This document shows positions 19,382 to 31,722 of a DNA stretch of 64,000 bases, piece by piece (the first letter of the stretch is position 1; each line of letters starts with the position of its first letter). A model generated the notes under the pieces. That model searched no databases. It was not told the origin of the DNA and saw nothing but the letters and a program-made list of their open reading frames with translations. Origin of the DNA: Escherichia coli (GTDB lineage: Bacteria > Pseudomonadota > Gammaproteobacteria > Enterobacterales > Enterobacteriaceae); the NCBI RefSeq assembly GCF_001677475.2, contig NZ_CP015229.1. One strand, given 5' to 3'. Made by a program: the position numbers and the translations under genes.

Positions 19382-20326
19382 ATGATGAATAATGCTTCAC
19401 AACCGACAGTACTGCTTTTTGCCGGTCAGGGTAATCCGGTTATTGGTATGGGCAGCGATCTTTGGGATCTCAACGCCAGTACAAAACATATCTGGGATTG
19501 TGCCAGCGATATTTCCGGGCTGAACCTGCGTCGCCTGTGTCAGAAAGGGCCGATGAATCGCCTTATTCAAACGACGGTACAACAACTGGCGGTGACCGCA
19601 ATTAATGTAACGCTCTATACCCTGTGCCGCGAGCGTCTTGAGAATTTAACGGTTGTGGGCTCCTGCGGACACAGCGTTGGTGAATACAGTGCGCTCTACG
19701 CCGCTGGAGCTCTTTCTCTTGAGACGCTATTTGGCATGATTCACTTCAGAGCCAGCCTGATGCATGACGAAAGCCAGAGAAATAAAGGCGCAATGCTGGC
19801 GGTTAAAGGCATCAACCGCGAACAACTGCAGACGATGATTACGGAATCAGGCATTGCGCTGGATATTAGCTGTGATAACACGCCGCGCCAGCAGGTTATT
19901 GGGGGAACGCAGGCTGCGTTGAATGAATTTGCCACGCTGCTGATGTCCGCTGGATACGAACCGGTTAAACTCGGTGTGAGCGGTGCCTGGCACACGCGTT
20001 TGATGGAAGACGGCGTTCAGGCAATGCGCGATTATCTTGCCGGACTGGATATCGCTTCGCCAGAGCATCAGGTTCTGATGAACGTAACAGCAAAAAGCGA
20101 GGTCGCTCCGTCAATTATCAAAGAAAATCTCTCATTACACTTAACTCATACGGTGAAATGGACTGAATCTCTCGATACATTTCTGAATATGCCAACCCCG
20201 GTAGCTTTCCTTGAAATAAGTAATAAGCCCTATTTGGGGAATATGTTAAATGATTTTGCTGGCGTGGATCAGCAACGAGTTATGCATTGTCGTAAAGCAT
20301 TTAGTGATGCAAAGGTATTCAAATGA
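19382..20326 (+). CDS. FabD-like acyl-CoA:ACP transacylase (malonyl transferase family)
   Basis: 314 aa; [14 protein letters not shown] active-site Ser motif, LFAGQGNP, conserved His in [10 protein letters not shown]. Confidence 0.8.
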   Translation: MMNNASQPTVLLFAGQGNPVIGMGSDLWDLNASTKHIWDCASDISGLNLRRLCQKGPMNRLIQTTVQQLAVTAINVTLYTLCRERLENLTVVGSCGHSVGEYSALYAAGALSLETLFGMIHFRASLMHDESQRNKGAMLAVKGINREQLQTMITESGIALDISCDNTPRQQVIGGTQAALNEFATLLMSAGYEPVKLGVSGAWHTRLMEDGVQAMRDYLAGLDIASPEHQVLMNVTAKSEVAPSIIKENLSLHLTHTVKWTESLDTFLNMPTPVAFLEISNKPYLGNMLNDFAGVDQQRVMHCRKAFSDAKVFK

Positions 20327-21309
20327 TTCCTGATTATTTAACTTTTATTCGCTTTCAGGATAAACGAAATCTGATATACATTTATGCTATTGGACTTATT
20401 CTGATAGGCTTTTATTGGAAAAATGCAGGGTTTACTTTTCCATCAGAGGATATTGGTGTCGTTAGTGGGATTCTGGCCCTGGTGCTGTATAATTTTATTT
20501 TTGATCTCAAGGCGTACTGGGCTTATAAATGCGTCACGAAGAATATCGATTTTTCGTGGTTTAAGAAAAAGCAGAACCACAAAATAGAATTATTTCTTAC
20601 ACAACCTCTGGTGGCAGGATTTCTGTCGTTAATCATGTTGAGTGCAATGAGTTGGGGGCTATACCAGCTTCTACCCTCGTTATATGCGCTGTTCCTGATT
20701 TCGTTACTTGGGCTGTTGGTCATCTTTCTGCTGTTTCGGATGATCCGCACCAGTTATGTCAAGCAGGTCGCTATTTCAGTAGCGAAAAAAGTAAAATATA
20801 AAAGTCTGACTCGCTATGTGCTGCTTTCGGTGTGCATCTCAACGGTTGTTAACCTGCTTACTATCAGCCCGTTGCGTAACAGTGATTCTTTTGTGACAGA
20901 GGGGCAGTGGTTAACGTTTAAATCGATAATTGCATTGCTCATTCTTTGTGGCGTAGTGTTGGCGATTAATCTGTTTTTTCTGCGCTTCTCCAAGCGGTAC
21001 GCTTTTCTGGGTAGGCTTTTTTTGCAGGAAATCGATCTGTTTTTCTCCAGTGAAAATGCGTTGTCGACCTTTTTTGCCAAGCCGCTTTGGCTTCGGTTAT
21101 TCATATTGCTGGTTATTGAAGTGATGTGGATTACGCTGGTGTCGGTATTGGCAACGCTTGTGGAATGGCGGATTTGGTTTGAAGCCTATTTTTTACTCTG
21201 CTATGTACCATGCTTAATTTACTATTTTTTCCATTGTCGATGCCTCTGGCATAACGATTTTATGATGGCATGTGACATGTATTTCCGTTGGGGGCATTTT
21301 AATAAGTGA
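20323..21309 (+). CDS. Polytopic inner-membrane protein of unknown function (Phe/Leu-rich, AT-rich coding sequence)
   Basis: 328-aa ORF with about 8 hydrophobic segments; ATGA overlap with FabD-like gene. Confidence 0.55.
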   Translation: MIPDYLTFIRFQDKRNLIYIYAIGLILIGFYWKNAGFTFPSEDIGVVSGILALVLYNFIFDLKAYWAYKCVTKNIDFSWFKKKQNHKIELFLTQPLVAGFLSLIMLSAMSWGLYQLLPSLYALFLISLLGLLVIFLLFRMIRTSYVKQVAISVAKKVKYKSLTRYVLLSVCISTVVNLLTISPLRNSDSFVTEGQWLTFKSIIALLILCGVVLAINLFFLRFSKRYAFLGRLFLQEIDLFFSSENALSTFFAKPLWLRLFILLVIEVMWITLVSVLATLVEWRIWFEAYFLLCYVPCLIYYFFHCRCLWHNDFMMACDMYFRWGHFNK

Positions 21310-21502
21310 GGAAGTTACAGGAAGTGACCAGATAACGCATATATGTTCTGTACTCTCTTGCGCATTTTGATTGTTGACTGAGCAATCAGACAGTTGATGT
21401 GCACGATTTCCCCTCGCCCTAACAGACGTGGGCGGGGGGGACCCAGTGTGTGCAATATACGAAAAAAAAGCCCATACTTTCGTACGAGCTCTTCTTTAAA
21501 GA

Positions 21503-21590
21503 TGGCGGTGAGGGGGGGATTCGAACCCCCGATACGTTGCCGTATACACACTTTCCAGGCGTGCTCCTTCAGCCACTCGGACACCTCACC
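21503..21590 (-). tRNA. serX: tRNA-Ser (anticodon GGA), serX-like
   Basis: Reverse complement reads GGTGAGGTGTCCGAGTGGCTGAAGGAGCACGCCTGGAAAGTG...GGTTCGAATCCCCCCCTCACCGCCA with a long variable arm and encoded CCA. Confidence 0.9.
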
Positions 21591-21784
21591 AAATTGTCGT
21601 TCCTGTCTTGCTGGAACGGGCGCTAATTTAGGGAAATCATGACCTGAGGTCAACAAACTTTTTTAAAAAATCGCGCGTTTATTCAAACTTCAATCAATGT
21701 GCAGTTTTAATAAGCGAAATCTGCTTTTTTTGCCACCGACCACGGATTTGTTATGCTGGTGGCTTTTGTAGATCATAACGATAA

Positions 21785-22762
<978 letters not shown>

Positions 22763-22816
22763 TAAAGCATCAGGATTCCTGCTATCCTTGGCGGGAATTG
22801 AATACAGGAGAGAGTT

Positions 22817-23554
22817 ATGTATCCCGTCGACCTTCATATGCATACCGTTGCCAGCACGCATGCATATAGCACATTGAGTGATTACATTGCCCAGGCCAAA
22901 CAAAAGGGCATTAAACTTTTTGCGATCACCGATCATGGCCCGGATATGGAAGATGCGCCGCATCACTGGCACTTCATTAACATGCGTATCTGGCCGCGAG
23001 TGGTTGATGGGGTAGGGATCCTGCGCGGCATCGAAGCTAACATTAAAAATGTTGATGGTGAAATTGATTGCAGCGGTAAAATGTTTGACTCGTTGGATCT
23101 GATTATTGCCGGTTTTCATGAGCCGGTTTTTGCGCCACATGACAAAGCGACCAATACGCAAGCGATGATCGCCACTATCGCCAGCGGCAATGTGCATATA
23201 ATAAGCCATCCCGGAAATCCGAAATATGAAATAGATGTTAAAGCCGTTGCTGAAGCAGCTGCGAAACATCAGGTGGCGCTGGAAATCAATAATTCCTCAT
23301 TTTTACACTCACGTAAGGGCAGTGAAGACAACTGTCGTGCGGTAGCCGCAGCGGTACGTGACGCTGGAGGTTGGGTGGCATTAGGCTCGGATTCTCACAC
23401 CGCGTTTACCATGGGTGAATTTGAAGAGTGTCTTAAAATCCTCGACGCGGTAGATTTTCCGCCAGAGCGCATTTTGAATGTTTCTCCGCGCCGCTTACTG
23501 AACTTCCTTGAATCTCGCGGTATGGCACCGATTGCGGAATTTGCAGATCTTTAA
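22817..23554 (+). CDS. ycdX: PHP-family phosphatase YcdX
   Basis: [20 protein letters not shown]; 245 aa; conserved K-12 order. Confidence 0.93.
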
Positions 23555-23577
23555 TTACTAGTAATGGAAATATATTA

Positions 23578-24132
23578 ATGAACGAGTTTTCTATCCTCTG
23601 TCGTGTGCTGGGTTCGCTCTATTACCGCCAACCACAAGATCCTTTACTGGTGCCGCTGTTTACCCTGATTCGTGAGGGGAAACTGGCTGCGAACTGGCCA
23701 CTGGAGCAGGATGAGTTGCTGACACGTTTGCAGAAAAGCTGTGATATGGCGCAAGTCTCTGCCGATTACAATGCGATGTTTATCGGCGATGAATGTGCCG
23801 TGCCGCCATATCGTAGCGCATGGGTTGAGGACGCAACGGAAGCGGAAGTGCGCGCTTTTCTTTCTGAACGAGGGATGCCATTAGCAGATACGCCAGCCGA
23901 TCACATCGGCACATTGCTGCTCGCGGCTTCCTGGCTGGAAGATCAGTCCACGGAAGATGAGAGCGAAGCACTGGAAACACTGTTCAGTGAGTATCTGTTA
24001 CCCTGGTGTGGCGCGTTCCTTGGCAAAGTGGAGGCCCATGCAACCACGCCTTTCTGGCGCACCATGGCACCGCTAACCCGTGACGCCATTAGTGCAATGT
24101 GGGACGAGCTGGAAGAGGATTCTGAAGAGTAA
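23578..24132 (+). CDS. ycdY: Redox enzyme maturation chaperone YcdY
   Basis: 184-aa ORF following ycdX; conserved order. Confidence 0.9.
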   Translation: MNEFSILCRVLGSLYYRQPQDPLLVPLFTLIREGKLAANWPLEQDELLTRLQKSCDMAQVSADYNAMFIGDECAVPPYRSAWVEDATEAEVRAFLSERGMPLADTPADHIGTLLLAASWLEDQSTEDESEALETLFSEYLLPWCGAFLGKVEAHATTPFWRTMAPLTRDAISAMWDELEEDSEE

Positions 24133-24233
24133 ATGTGATCTGCGTCACTCATGACTGCAACGGATAATTTGTTGTTGCATAAAATGTGTGCTCGATCTCA
24201 TTCATGACCGCGTTTTCTGCTATCATGCGCGGC

Positions 24234-24725
24234 ATGAACATACTTCTCTCTATTGCAATCACAACAGGCATTCTCTCCGGTATCTGGGGATGGGTGGCTG
24301 TTTCCCTGGGCTTACTAAGCTGGGCGGGCTTCCTGGGCTGTACGGCCTACTTTGCTTGCCCGCAAGGTGGGCTGAAAGGGCTGGCGATCTCCGCTGCAAC
24401 CCTGCTTAGTGGCGTGGTGTGGGCGATGGTCATTATTTACGGTAGTGCACTGGCACCACATCTGGAAATTCTCGGTTATGTCATAACCGGTATTGTCGCG
24501 TTTCTGATGTGTATTCAGGCGAAACAGCTGCTGCTTTCATTTGTTCCGGGGACGTTTATAGGCGCATGCGCGACGTTTGCCGGGCAGGGTGACTGGAAAC
24601 TGGTGTTACCTTCGCTGGCGCTCGGGTTGATATTTGGTTACGCAATGAAAAACAGCGGCCTGTGGCTGGCGGCGCGTAGTACGAAGACCGCTCACCGTGA
24701 GCAGCAAATCAAAAATAAAGCGTGA
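24234..24725 (+). CDS. ycdZ: Inner membrane protein YcdZ
   Basis: Hydrophobic 163-aa protein starting MNILLSIAITTGILSG. Confidence 0.85.
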   Translation: MNILLSIAITTGILSGIWGWVAVSLGLLSWAGFLGCTAYFACPQGGLKGLAISAATLLSGVVWAMVIIYGSALAPHLEILGYVITGIVAFLMCIQAKQLLLSFVPGTFIGACATFAGQGDWKLVLPSLALGLIFGYAMKNSGLWLAARSTKTAHREQQIKNKA

Positions 24726-24789
24726 GGGGCACTCACGCTTTCGCTTAAACAGTAAAATGCCGGATTATTAATTCCGGCATTTTTATCTA

Positions 24790-25623
24790 TCAGGATTCCG
24801 GTGGAACCGACATATGGCGGTATTTCACCAGAATGTCATTCTGCCGTTCTGCTTTATTTTGCAAATCCCACAGACCACGGTCAATACCATCATTAATCAG
24901 GAAAATGACCCCTGTTTCGATAGCCGACATCAGGCACAGCATAACGGGTTCGTTCGAGGTGTAACCCACTTCCCCTTCCAGCAAGCGCTGGTAGTCAATA
25001 AAGCGGAAAACCCCGGCCTGAACTTCATAGGAAAGTATCGTCTTACTGGTGTTCACCGAGGAGAGGATCTCGCCGGTACTCACATTGACGACGCGCAGGT
25101 TCACGGCAATCTGATCAAGCTGGTATTGCGTGTCGGCACCGATCCCAAAATATCTTGCCCCAACCCCGCCCGATTTGACGTTGCTTTCATAACCGATAAT
25201 CGAACCTTCAACCATGATATTTGCCGCCGTTAAAGATTGCAGCGGGATTCGGTTATTAATGGCAACCGTGCCGTTTTCTTGTGCTGCACGAATAATCTTG
25301 CGCTCGTTAAGCAGGTTTTGTAAGCCCTGGCGCTCCAGCGGTATAAACCAGCGAGAATCTTTTAATGCCGTGACCAGCATTGCCGTGGCGCTTTGCGGAA
25401 CAGCAGTGGAGAAGTTACTTGCCGGGTAGGGTTTAAATTGCCCGGTTTCGTCCTGAATGTTGTATACCGAAACAAAGATCTTACCCGTCGGCGCTGGCAG
25501 ATGGGTCAAATCTTTGTAGCTCTGAGCACGAGGCATTAATGTCGGTCTGGCGGCTTCTTTAGGCGGGGCGGTTAAGCATCCGCTCAGTAACATGACGGCA
25601 ACCAAAAGAAATAAGCGCTGCAT
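24790..25623 (-). CDS. csgG: Curli secretion channel lipoprotein CsgG
   Basis: 277 aa with lipoprotein signal LLSGC; position in csgDEFG operon. Confidence 0.95.
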   Translation of the reverse strand: MQRLFLLVAVMLLSGCLTAPPKEAARPTLMPRAQSYKDLTHLPAPTGKIFVSVYNIQDETGQFKPYPASNFSTAVPQSATAMLVTALKDSRWFIPLERQGLQNLLNERKIIRAAQENGTVAINNRIPLQSLTAANIMVEGSIIGYESNVKSGGVGARYFGIGADTQYQLDQIAVNLRVVNVSTGEILSSVNTSKTILSYEVQAGVFRFIDYQRLLEGEVGYTSNEPVMLCLMSAIETGVIFLINDGIDRGLWDLQNKAERQNDILVKYRHMSVPPES

Positions 25624-25649
25624 GATTATTTTCCTTATGAAGCTGGGGC

Positions 25650-26066
25650 TTAAAAATCGGTTGAGTTATTTTGTAAACCCGAAACCTGGATGGTCGAGGT
25701 TTGTCCGGTTTTACGATCTGTCACGTTCAACTGCAATTGACCATCGCGGTTGGCAATATCGACAATATAATCGTTGGTCACCATGCGGCCCGGTTTGCCG
25801 GTATTAATATTCGACAGTAGCCCACCTAAAATTTGTGACTGGATGGCCTGAGTAAAGTTATCTAACGCTGAGGGCGTTTCAATACCAAAGTCATCGTTAT
25901 AGCTCGGATCTTTATAAGAGTTTTGGGCCTGGGCGCTATTTAATAAAAAAGCGCCATTATTTGGGTTGCCACCAAAGTTTGGATTACGGAACTGGAAAGT
26001 CATGGTTCCAGCCCAACTTAAAGGCGAAATAAGCATGAGTAGAACTACTGCATGTTTGACACGCAT
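25650..26066 (-). CDS. csgF: Curli assembly protein CsgF
   Basis: 138 aa; operon position. Confidence 0.95.
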
Positions 26067-26090
26067 TGCAGCCTCCGAACAATTTTTTAT

Positions 26091-26480
26091 TTAAAATTCA
26101 TCATGCGCCAAATCGCCCGTACCCAATAACGCCTGATTTATCTGGCGACGATTTAGTGCTTCTTCAGTTTGAATCAGTGCAAAGACGACAGTTTTCTCGA
26201 AGTCTCTTTTCAACGGAAATAAAAAAGTCTGGAAAATAACGTCCTGATTGACCGTTATAGTGATCCAACTTCCCCATCGTGCACTGGGCCTTTCATTAAT
26301 CGTTAAGTTACCCGTATAGTCACTTTCCCATTTATCACTAAAGGCTCGGTAAAAATCATGGCCAATAGATGAAACAGTATGGTCAGTTAACAATCCCGGG
26401 ACTTCTACCTCAACGGCGTGAAGATTCCCTGCGGCGAACAGAAATTCTGCCGCCACAATCCAGCGTAAATAACGTTTCAT
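26091..26480 (-). CDS. csgE: Curli assembly/transport protein CsgE
   Basis: 129 aa; operon position. Confidence 0.95.
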   Translation of the reverse strand: MKRYLRWIVAAEFLFAAGNLHAVEVEVPGLLTDHTVSSIGHDFYRAFSDKWESDYTGNLTINERPSARWGSWITITVNQDVIFQTFLFPLKRDFEKTVVFALIQTEEALNRRQINQALLGTGDLAHDEF

Positions 26481-26484
26481 GGCT

Positions 26485-27135
<651 letters not shown>

Positions 27136-27889
27136 GATGAAACCCCGCTTTTTTTATTGATCGCACACCTGACAGCTGCCTCTAAAATAGAAGCACCAGA
27201 AGTACTGACAGATGTTGCACTGCTGTGTGTAGTAATAAATCAGCCCTAAATGGGTAAAATATAAAACTAATGGATTACATCTGATTTCAATCTAGCCATT
27301 ACAAATCTTAAATCAAGTGTTAAACATGTAACTAAATGTAACTCGTTATATTAAAATGTTAATCTTAAGGTTTTATTAAGTTTAGAAATGATAGAAAAGT
27401 TGTACATTTGGTTTTTATTGCACAATTTTAAAAAATCATACAAATGGTGCTAACTTACTAATAATGCATATAAAAAATATTTCGGTGTAGTCCTTTCGTC
27501 ATGTAAAACGTTCTTGTTTTTTCTTCACACCTCCGTGGACAATTTTTTACTGCAAAAAGACGAGGTTTGTCACGGCTTGTGCGCAAGACATATCGCAGCA
27601 ATCAGCGACGGGCAAGAAGAATGGCTGTCTGGTGATTTTTGATTGCGGAAAACGGAGATTTAAAAGAAAACAAAATATTTTTTTGCGTAGATAACAGCGT
27701 ATTTACGTGGGTTTTAATACTTTGGTATGAACAAAAAAAGAAAAATACAACGCGCGGGTGAGTTATTAAAAATATTTCCGCAGACATACTTTCCATCGTA
27801 ACGCAGCGTTAACAAAATACAGGTTGCGTTAACAACCAAGTTGAAATGATTTAATTTCTTAAATGTACGACCAGGTCCAGGGTGACAAC
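27136..27889. promoter_or_regulatory. csgD-csgB divergent intergenic regulatory region
   Basis: 754-bp AT-rich non-coding interval between divergently oriented csgD and csgB; known complex control region in E. coli. Confidence 0.8.
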
Positions 27890-28345
27890 ATGAAAAACAA
27901 ATTGTTATTTATGATGTTAACAATACTGGGTGCGCCTGGGATTGCAGCCGCAGCAGGTTATGATTTAGCTAATTCAGAATATAACTTCGCGGTAAATGAA
28001 TTGAGTAAGTCTTCATTTAATCAGGCAGCCATAATTGGTCAAGCTGGGACTAATAATAGTGCTCAGGTACGGCAGGGAGGCTCAAAACTTTTGGCGGTTG
28101 TTGCGCAAGAAGGTAGTAGCAACCGGGCAAAGATTGACCAGACAGGAGATTATAACCTTGCATATATTGATCAGGCGGGCAATGCCAACGATGCCAGTAT
28201 TTCGCAAGGTGCTTATGGTAATACTGCGATGATTATCCAGAAAGGTTCTGGTAATAAAGCAAATATTACACAGTATGGTACTCAAAAAACGGCAATTGTA
28301 GTGCAGAGACAGTCGCAAATGGCTATTCGCGTGACACAACGTTAA
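27890..28345 (+). CDS. csgB: Minor curlin nucleator CsgB
   Basis: MKNKLLFMMLTILGAPGIAAA plus curlin repeats; 151 aa. Confidence 0.95.
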   Translation: MKNKLLFMMLTILGAPGIAAAAGYDLANSEYNFAVNELSKSSFNQAAIIGQAGTNNSAQVRQGGSKLLAVVAQEGSSNRAKIDQTGDYNLAYIDQAGNANDASISQGAYGNTAMIIQKGSGNKANITQYGTQKTAIVVQRQSQMAIRVTQR

Positions 28346-28385
28346 TTTCCATTCGACTTTTAAATCAATCCGATGGGGGTTTTAC

Positions 28386-28841
28386 ATGAAACTTTTAAAA
28401 GTAGCAGCAATTGCAGCAATCGTATTCTCTGGTAGCGCTCTGGCAGGTGTTGTTCCTCAGTACGGCGGCGGCGGTAACCACGGTGGTGGCGGTAATAATA
28501 GCGGCCCAAATTCAGAGCTGAACATTTACCAATACGGTGGCGGTAACTCTGCTCTTGCTCTGCAAGCTGACGCCCGTAACTCTGATCTGACCATTACCCA
28601 GCACGGCGGCGGTAACGGCGCAGATGTTGGCCAAGGTTCTGATGACAGCTCAATCGATCTGACTCAGCGTGGTTTCGGCAACAGCGCTACTCTTGATCAG
28701 TGGAATGGTAAAGATTCTACTATGACTGTTAAACAGTTCGGTGGCGGTAACGGTGCTGCTGTTGACCAGACTGCATCTAACTCCAGCGTTAACGTCACTC
28801 AGGTTGGCTTTGGTAACAACGCGACCGCTCATCAGTACTAA
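28386..28841 (+). CDS. csgA: Major curlin subunit CsgA
   Basis: 151 aa with Q/N/G-rich curlin repeats (SELNIYQYGGGNSA...). Confidence 0.97.
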   Translation: MKLLKVAAIAAIVFSGSALAGVVPQYGGGGNHGGGGNNSGPNSELNIYQYGGGNSALALQADARNSDLTITQHGGGNGADVGQGSDDSSIDLTQRGFGNSATLDQWNGKDSTMTVKQFGGGNGAAVDQTASNSSVNVTQVGFGNNATAHQY

Positions 28842-28863
28842 TACATCCTCTGTATTAAAGAAA

Positions 28864-28887
28864 CAGGGCGCAAGCCCTGTTTTTTTT
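28864..28887 (+). terminator. Rho-independent terminator after csgA
   Basis: cagggc-gcaa-gccctg hairpin followed by T8. Confidence 0.8.
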
Positions 28888-28899
28888 CGGGAGAAGAAT

Positions 28900-29283
<384 letters not shown>

Positions 29284-29284
29284 G

Positions 29285-29664
<380 letters not shown>

Positions 29665-29758
29665 GTTTCTGAACAACTCACCTTGCTGAGCAGAAAAATG
29701 CGATTTAACCAAAAAGCCTGCTGTACACTTAAGAAACAAGAAGGTGTAAGGAGGCGTT

Positions 29759-30292
29759 ATGAAAACGCGTATTCATGTTGTGCAGGGTGATATTACCAAA
29801 CTGGCCGTTGATGTGATTGTGAATGCGGCTAATCCGTCATTAATGGGAGGCGGCGGCGTCGATGGGGCCATTCATCGCGCAGCGGGTCCGGCGCTGCTGG
29901 ATGCCTGTTTAAAAGTCAGGCAACAGCAGGGCGATTGCCCTACGGGGCATGCCGTTATTACACTTGCAGGCGATCTTCCCGCTAAAGCCGTAGTGCACAC
30001 CGTCGGGCCAGTCTGGCGTGGTGGTGAACAAAACGAAGACCAGCTTTTGCAGGATGCCTATCTCAATAGCCTACGACTGGTGGCGGCAAACAGCTATACG
30101 TCAGTGGCTTTTCCTGCAATTAGTACTGGGGTTTATGGTTACCCTCGTGCGGCAGCGGCTGAAATCGCAGTAAAAACCGTTTCAGAATTTATTACCCGTC
30201 ACGCTTTACCCGAACAGGTATACTTTGTCTGTTATGATGAAGAAAACGCCCACCTCTACGAAAGACTCCTTACTCAACAAGGAGATGAATGA
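29759..30292 (+). CDS. ymdB: Macrodomain protein YmdB (O-acetyl-ADP-ribose deacetylase)
   Basis: 177 aa; macrodomain motifs ([23 protein letters not shown]). Confidence 0.93.
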
Positions 30293-30293
30293 T

Positions 30294-31715
30294 TTGCCCC
30301 GGCTGGCGAGCGCGGTGCTGCCACTGTGTTCGCAACATCCCGGTCAGTGTGGCCTTTTTCCTCTGGAGAAAAGTCTGGATGCGTTTGCCGCCCGGTATCG
30401 TCTGGCCGAAATGGCAGAGCATACGCTGGATGTTCAGTATTACATCTGGCAGGACGATATGTCGGGTCGGTTACTGTTTTCCGCCCTGTTAGCCGCAGCA
30501 AAGCGTGGCGTTCGCGTCCGTTTGTTGCTGGATGACAACAATACGCCCGGACTTGACGACATTTTACGCTTGCTTGACAGTCATCCACGCATTGAAGTCC
30601 GGCTTTTTAATCCTTTCTCGTTTCGCTTGCTGCGTCCGCTTGGTTATATCACCGACTTTTCCCGTCTCAATCGCCGTATGCACAATAAAAGTTTCACTGT
30701 CGATGGCGTGGTTACCCTGGTGGGAGGACGAAATATTGGTGATGCCTATTTTGGTGCAGGGGAAGAGCCACTTTTTTCGGATTTAGATGTCATGGCAATA
30801 GGACCCGTGGTAGAGGACGTTGCCGATGATTTCGCCCGCTACTGGTATTGCAAATCGGTTTCACCCTTACAGCAGGTGCTGGATGTCCCGGAAGGTGAAA
30901 TGGCGGATCGCATCGAGTTACCCGCCTCCTGGCATAACGATGCCATGGCGCATCGTTACTTACGTAAAATGGAATCCAGTCCGTTTATAAATCATCTGGT
31001 TGATGGAACGTTGCCGCTTATCTGGGCGAAAACACGTTTATTAAGTGATGATCCGGCGAAAGGGGAGGGCAAGGCAAAACGGCATTCACTGTTACCGCAG
31101 CGCCTGTTCGATATCATGGGCTCACCCAGTGAACGCATCGATATTATCTCTTCCTATTTTGTACCGACACGCGCAGGTGTGGCGCAACTCTTACGGATGG
31201 TGAGAAAAGGGGTAAAGATTGCGATCCTAACCAATTCTCTTGCCGCTAACGATGTTGCTGTCGTCCATGCCGGATACGCGCGCTGGCGCAAAAAATTGCT
31301 CCGCTACGGCGTGGAATTATATGAACTCAAGCCGACGCGTGAACAAAGTAGTACGTTACACGATCGCGGCATAACCGGTAATTCCGGTGCCAGCCTGCAT
31401 GCTAAAACCTTTAGCATCGATGGTAAAACGGTGTTTATCGGCTCTTTCAATTTCGATCCACGTTCGACATTGCTCAATACTGAAATGGGCTTCGTGATAG
31501 AGAGCGAAACGCTGGCACAGTTAATTGATAAACGCTTTATTCAGAGCCAGTATGATGCGGCCTGGCAGCTCCGTCTGGACAGTTGGGGACGGATCAACTG
31601 GGTTGATCGTCATGCAAAGAAAGAGATTGTTCTCAAAAAAGAACCCGCCACCAGTTTCTGGAAGCGGGTTATGGTCAAACTGGCGTCGATATTGCCCGTG
31701 GAATGGTTATTGTAA
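30294..31715 (+). CDS. clsC: Cardiolipin synthase C (phospholipase D family)
   Basis: Two HxK(x)4D motifs (MHNKSFTVDG, LHAKTFSIDG); TTG start at 30294 chosen for spacing from AAGGAG (alternative ATG 30285). Confidence 0.85.
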   Translation: MPRLASAVLPLCSQHPGQCGLFPLEKSLDAFAARYRLAEMAEHTLDVQYYIWQDDMSGRLLFSALLAAAKRGVRVRLLLDDNNTPGLDDILRLLDSHPRIEVRLFNPFSFRLLRPLGYITDFSRLNRRMHNKSFTVDGVVTLVGGRNIGDAYFGAGEEPLFSDLDVMAIGPVVEDVADDFARYWYCKSVSPLQQVLDVPEGEMADRIELPASWHNDAMAHRYLRKMESSPFINHLVDGTLPLIWAKTRLLSDDPAKGEGKAKRHSLLPQRLFDIMGSPSERIDIISSYFVPTRAGVAQLLRMVRKGVKIAILTNSLAANDVAVVHAGYARWRKKLLRYGVELYELKPTREQSSTLHDRGITGNSGASLHAKTFSIDGKTVFIGSFNFDPRSTLLNTEMGFVIESETLAQLIDKRFIQSQYDAAWQLRLDSWGRINWVDRHAKKEIVLKKEPATSFWKRVMVKLASILPVEWLL

Positions 31716-31722
31716 ACGCGGC

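Noticed and set aside
1-21500. Integrase, transposase, IS element or prophage genes marking island mobility
   Set aside because: None of the translated ORFs shows integrase or transposase features; mobility genes, if any, are outside the window.
21315-21656. 113-aa minus-strand ORF and 82-aa plus-strand ORF spanning the tRNA-Ser gene
   Set aside because: They overlap a recognisable tRNA; translation is an artefact of the structured RNA gene region.
30225-30293. Upstream extension of clsC overlapping the ymdB 3' end (ORF-track start 30225)
   Set aside because: The extension overlaps ymdB and has no ribosome-binding site; the TTG at 30294, correctly spaced from AAGGAG, fits better.
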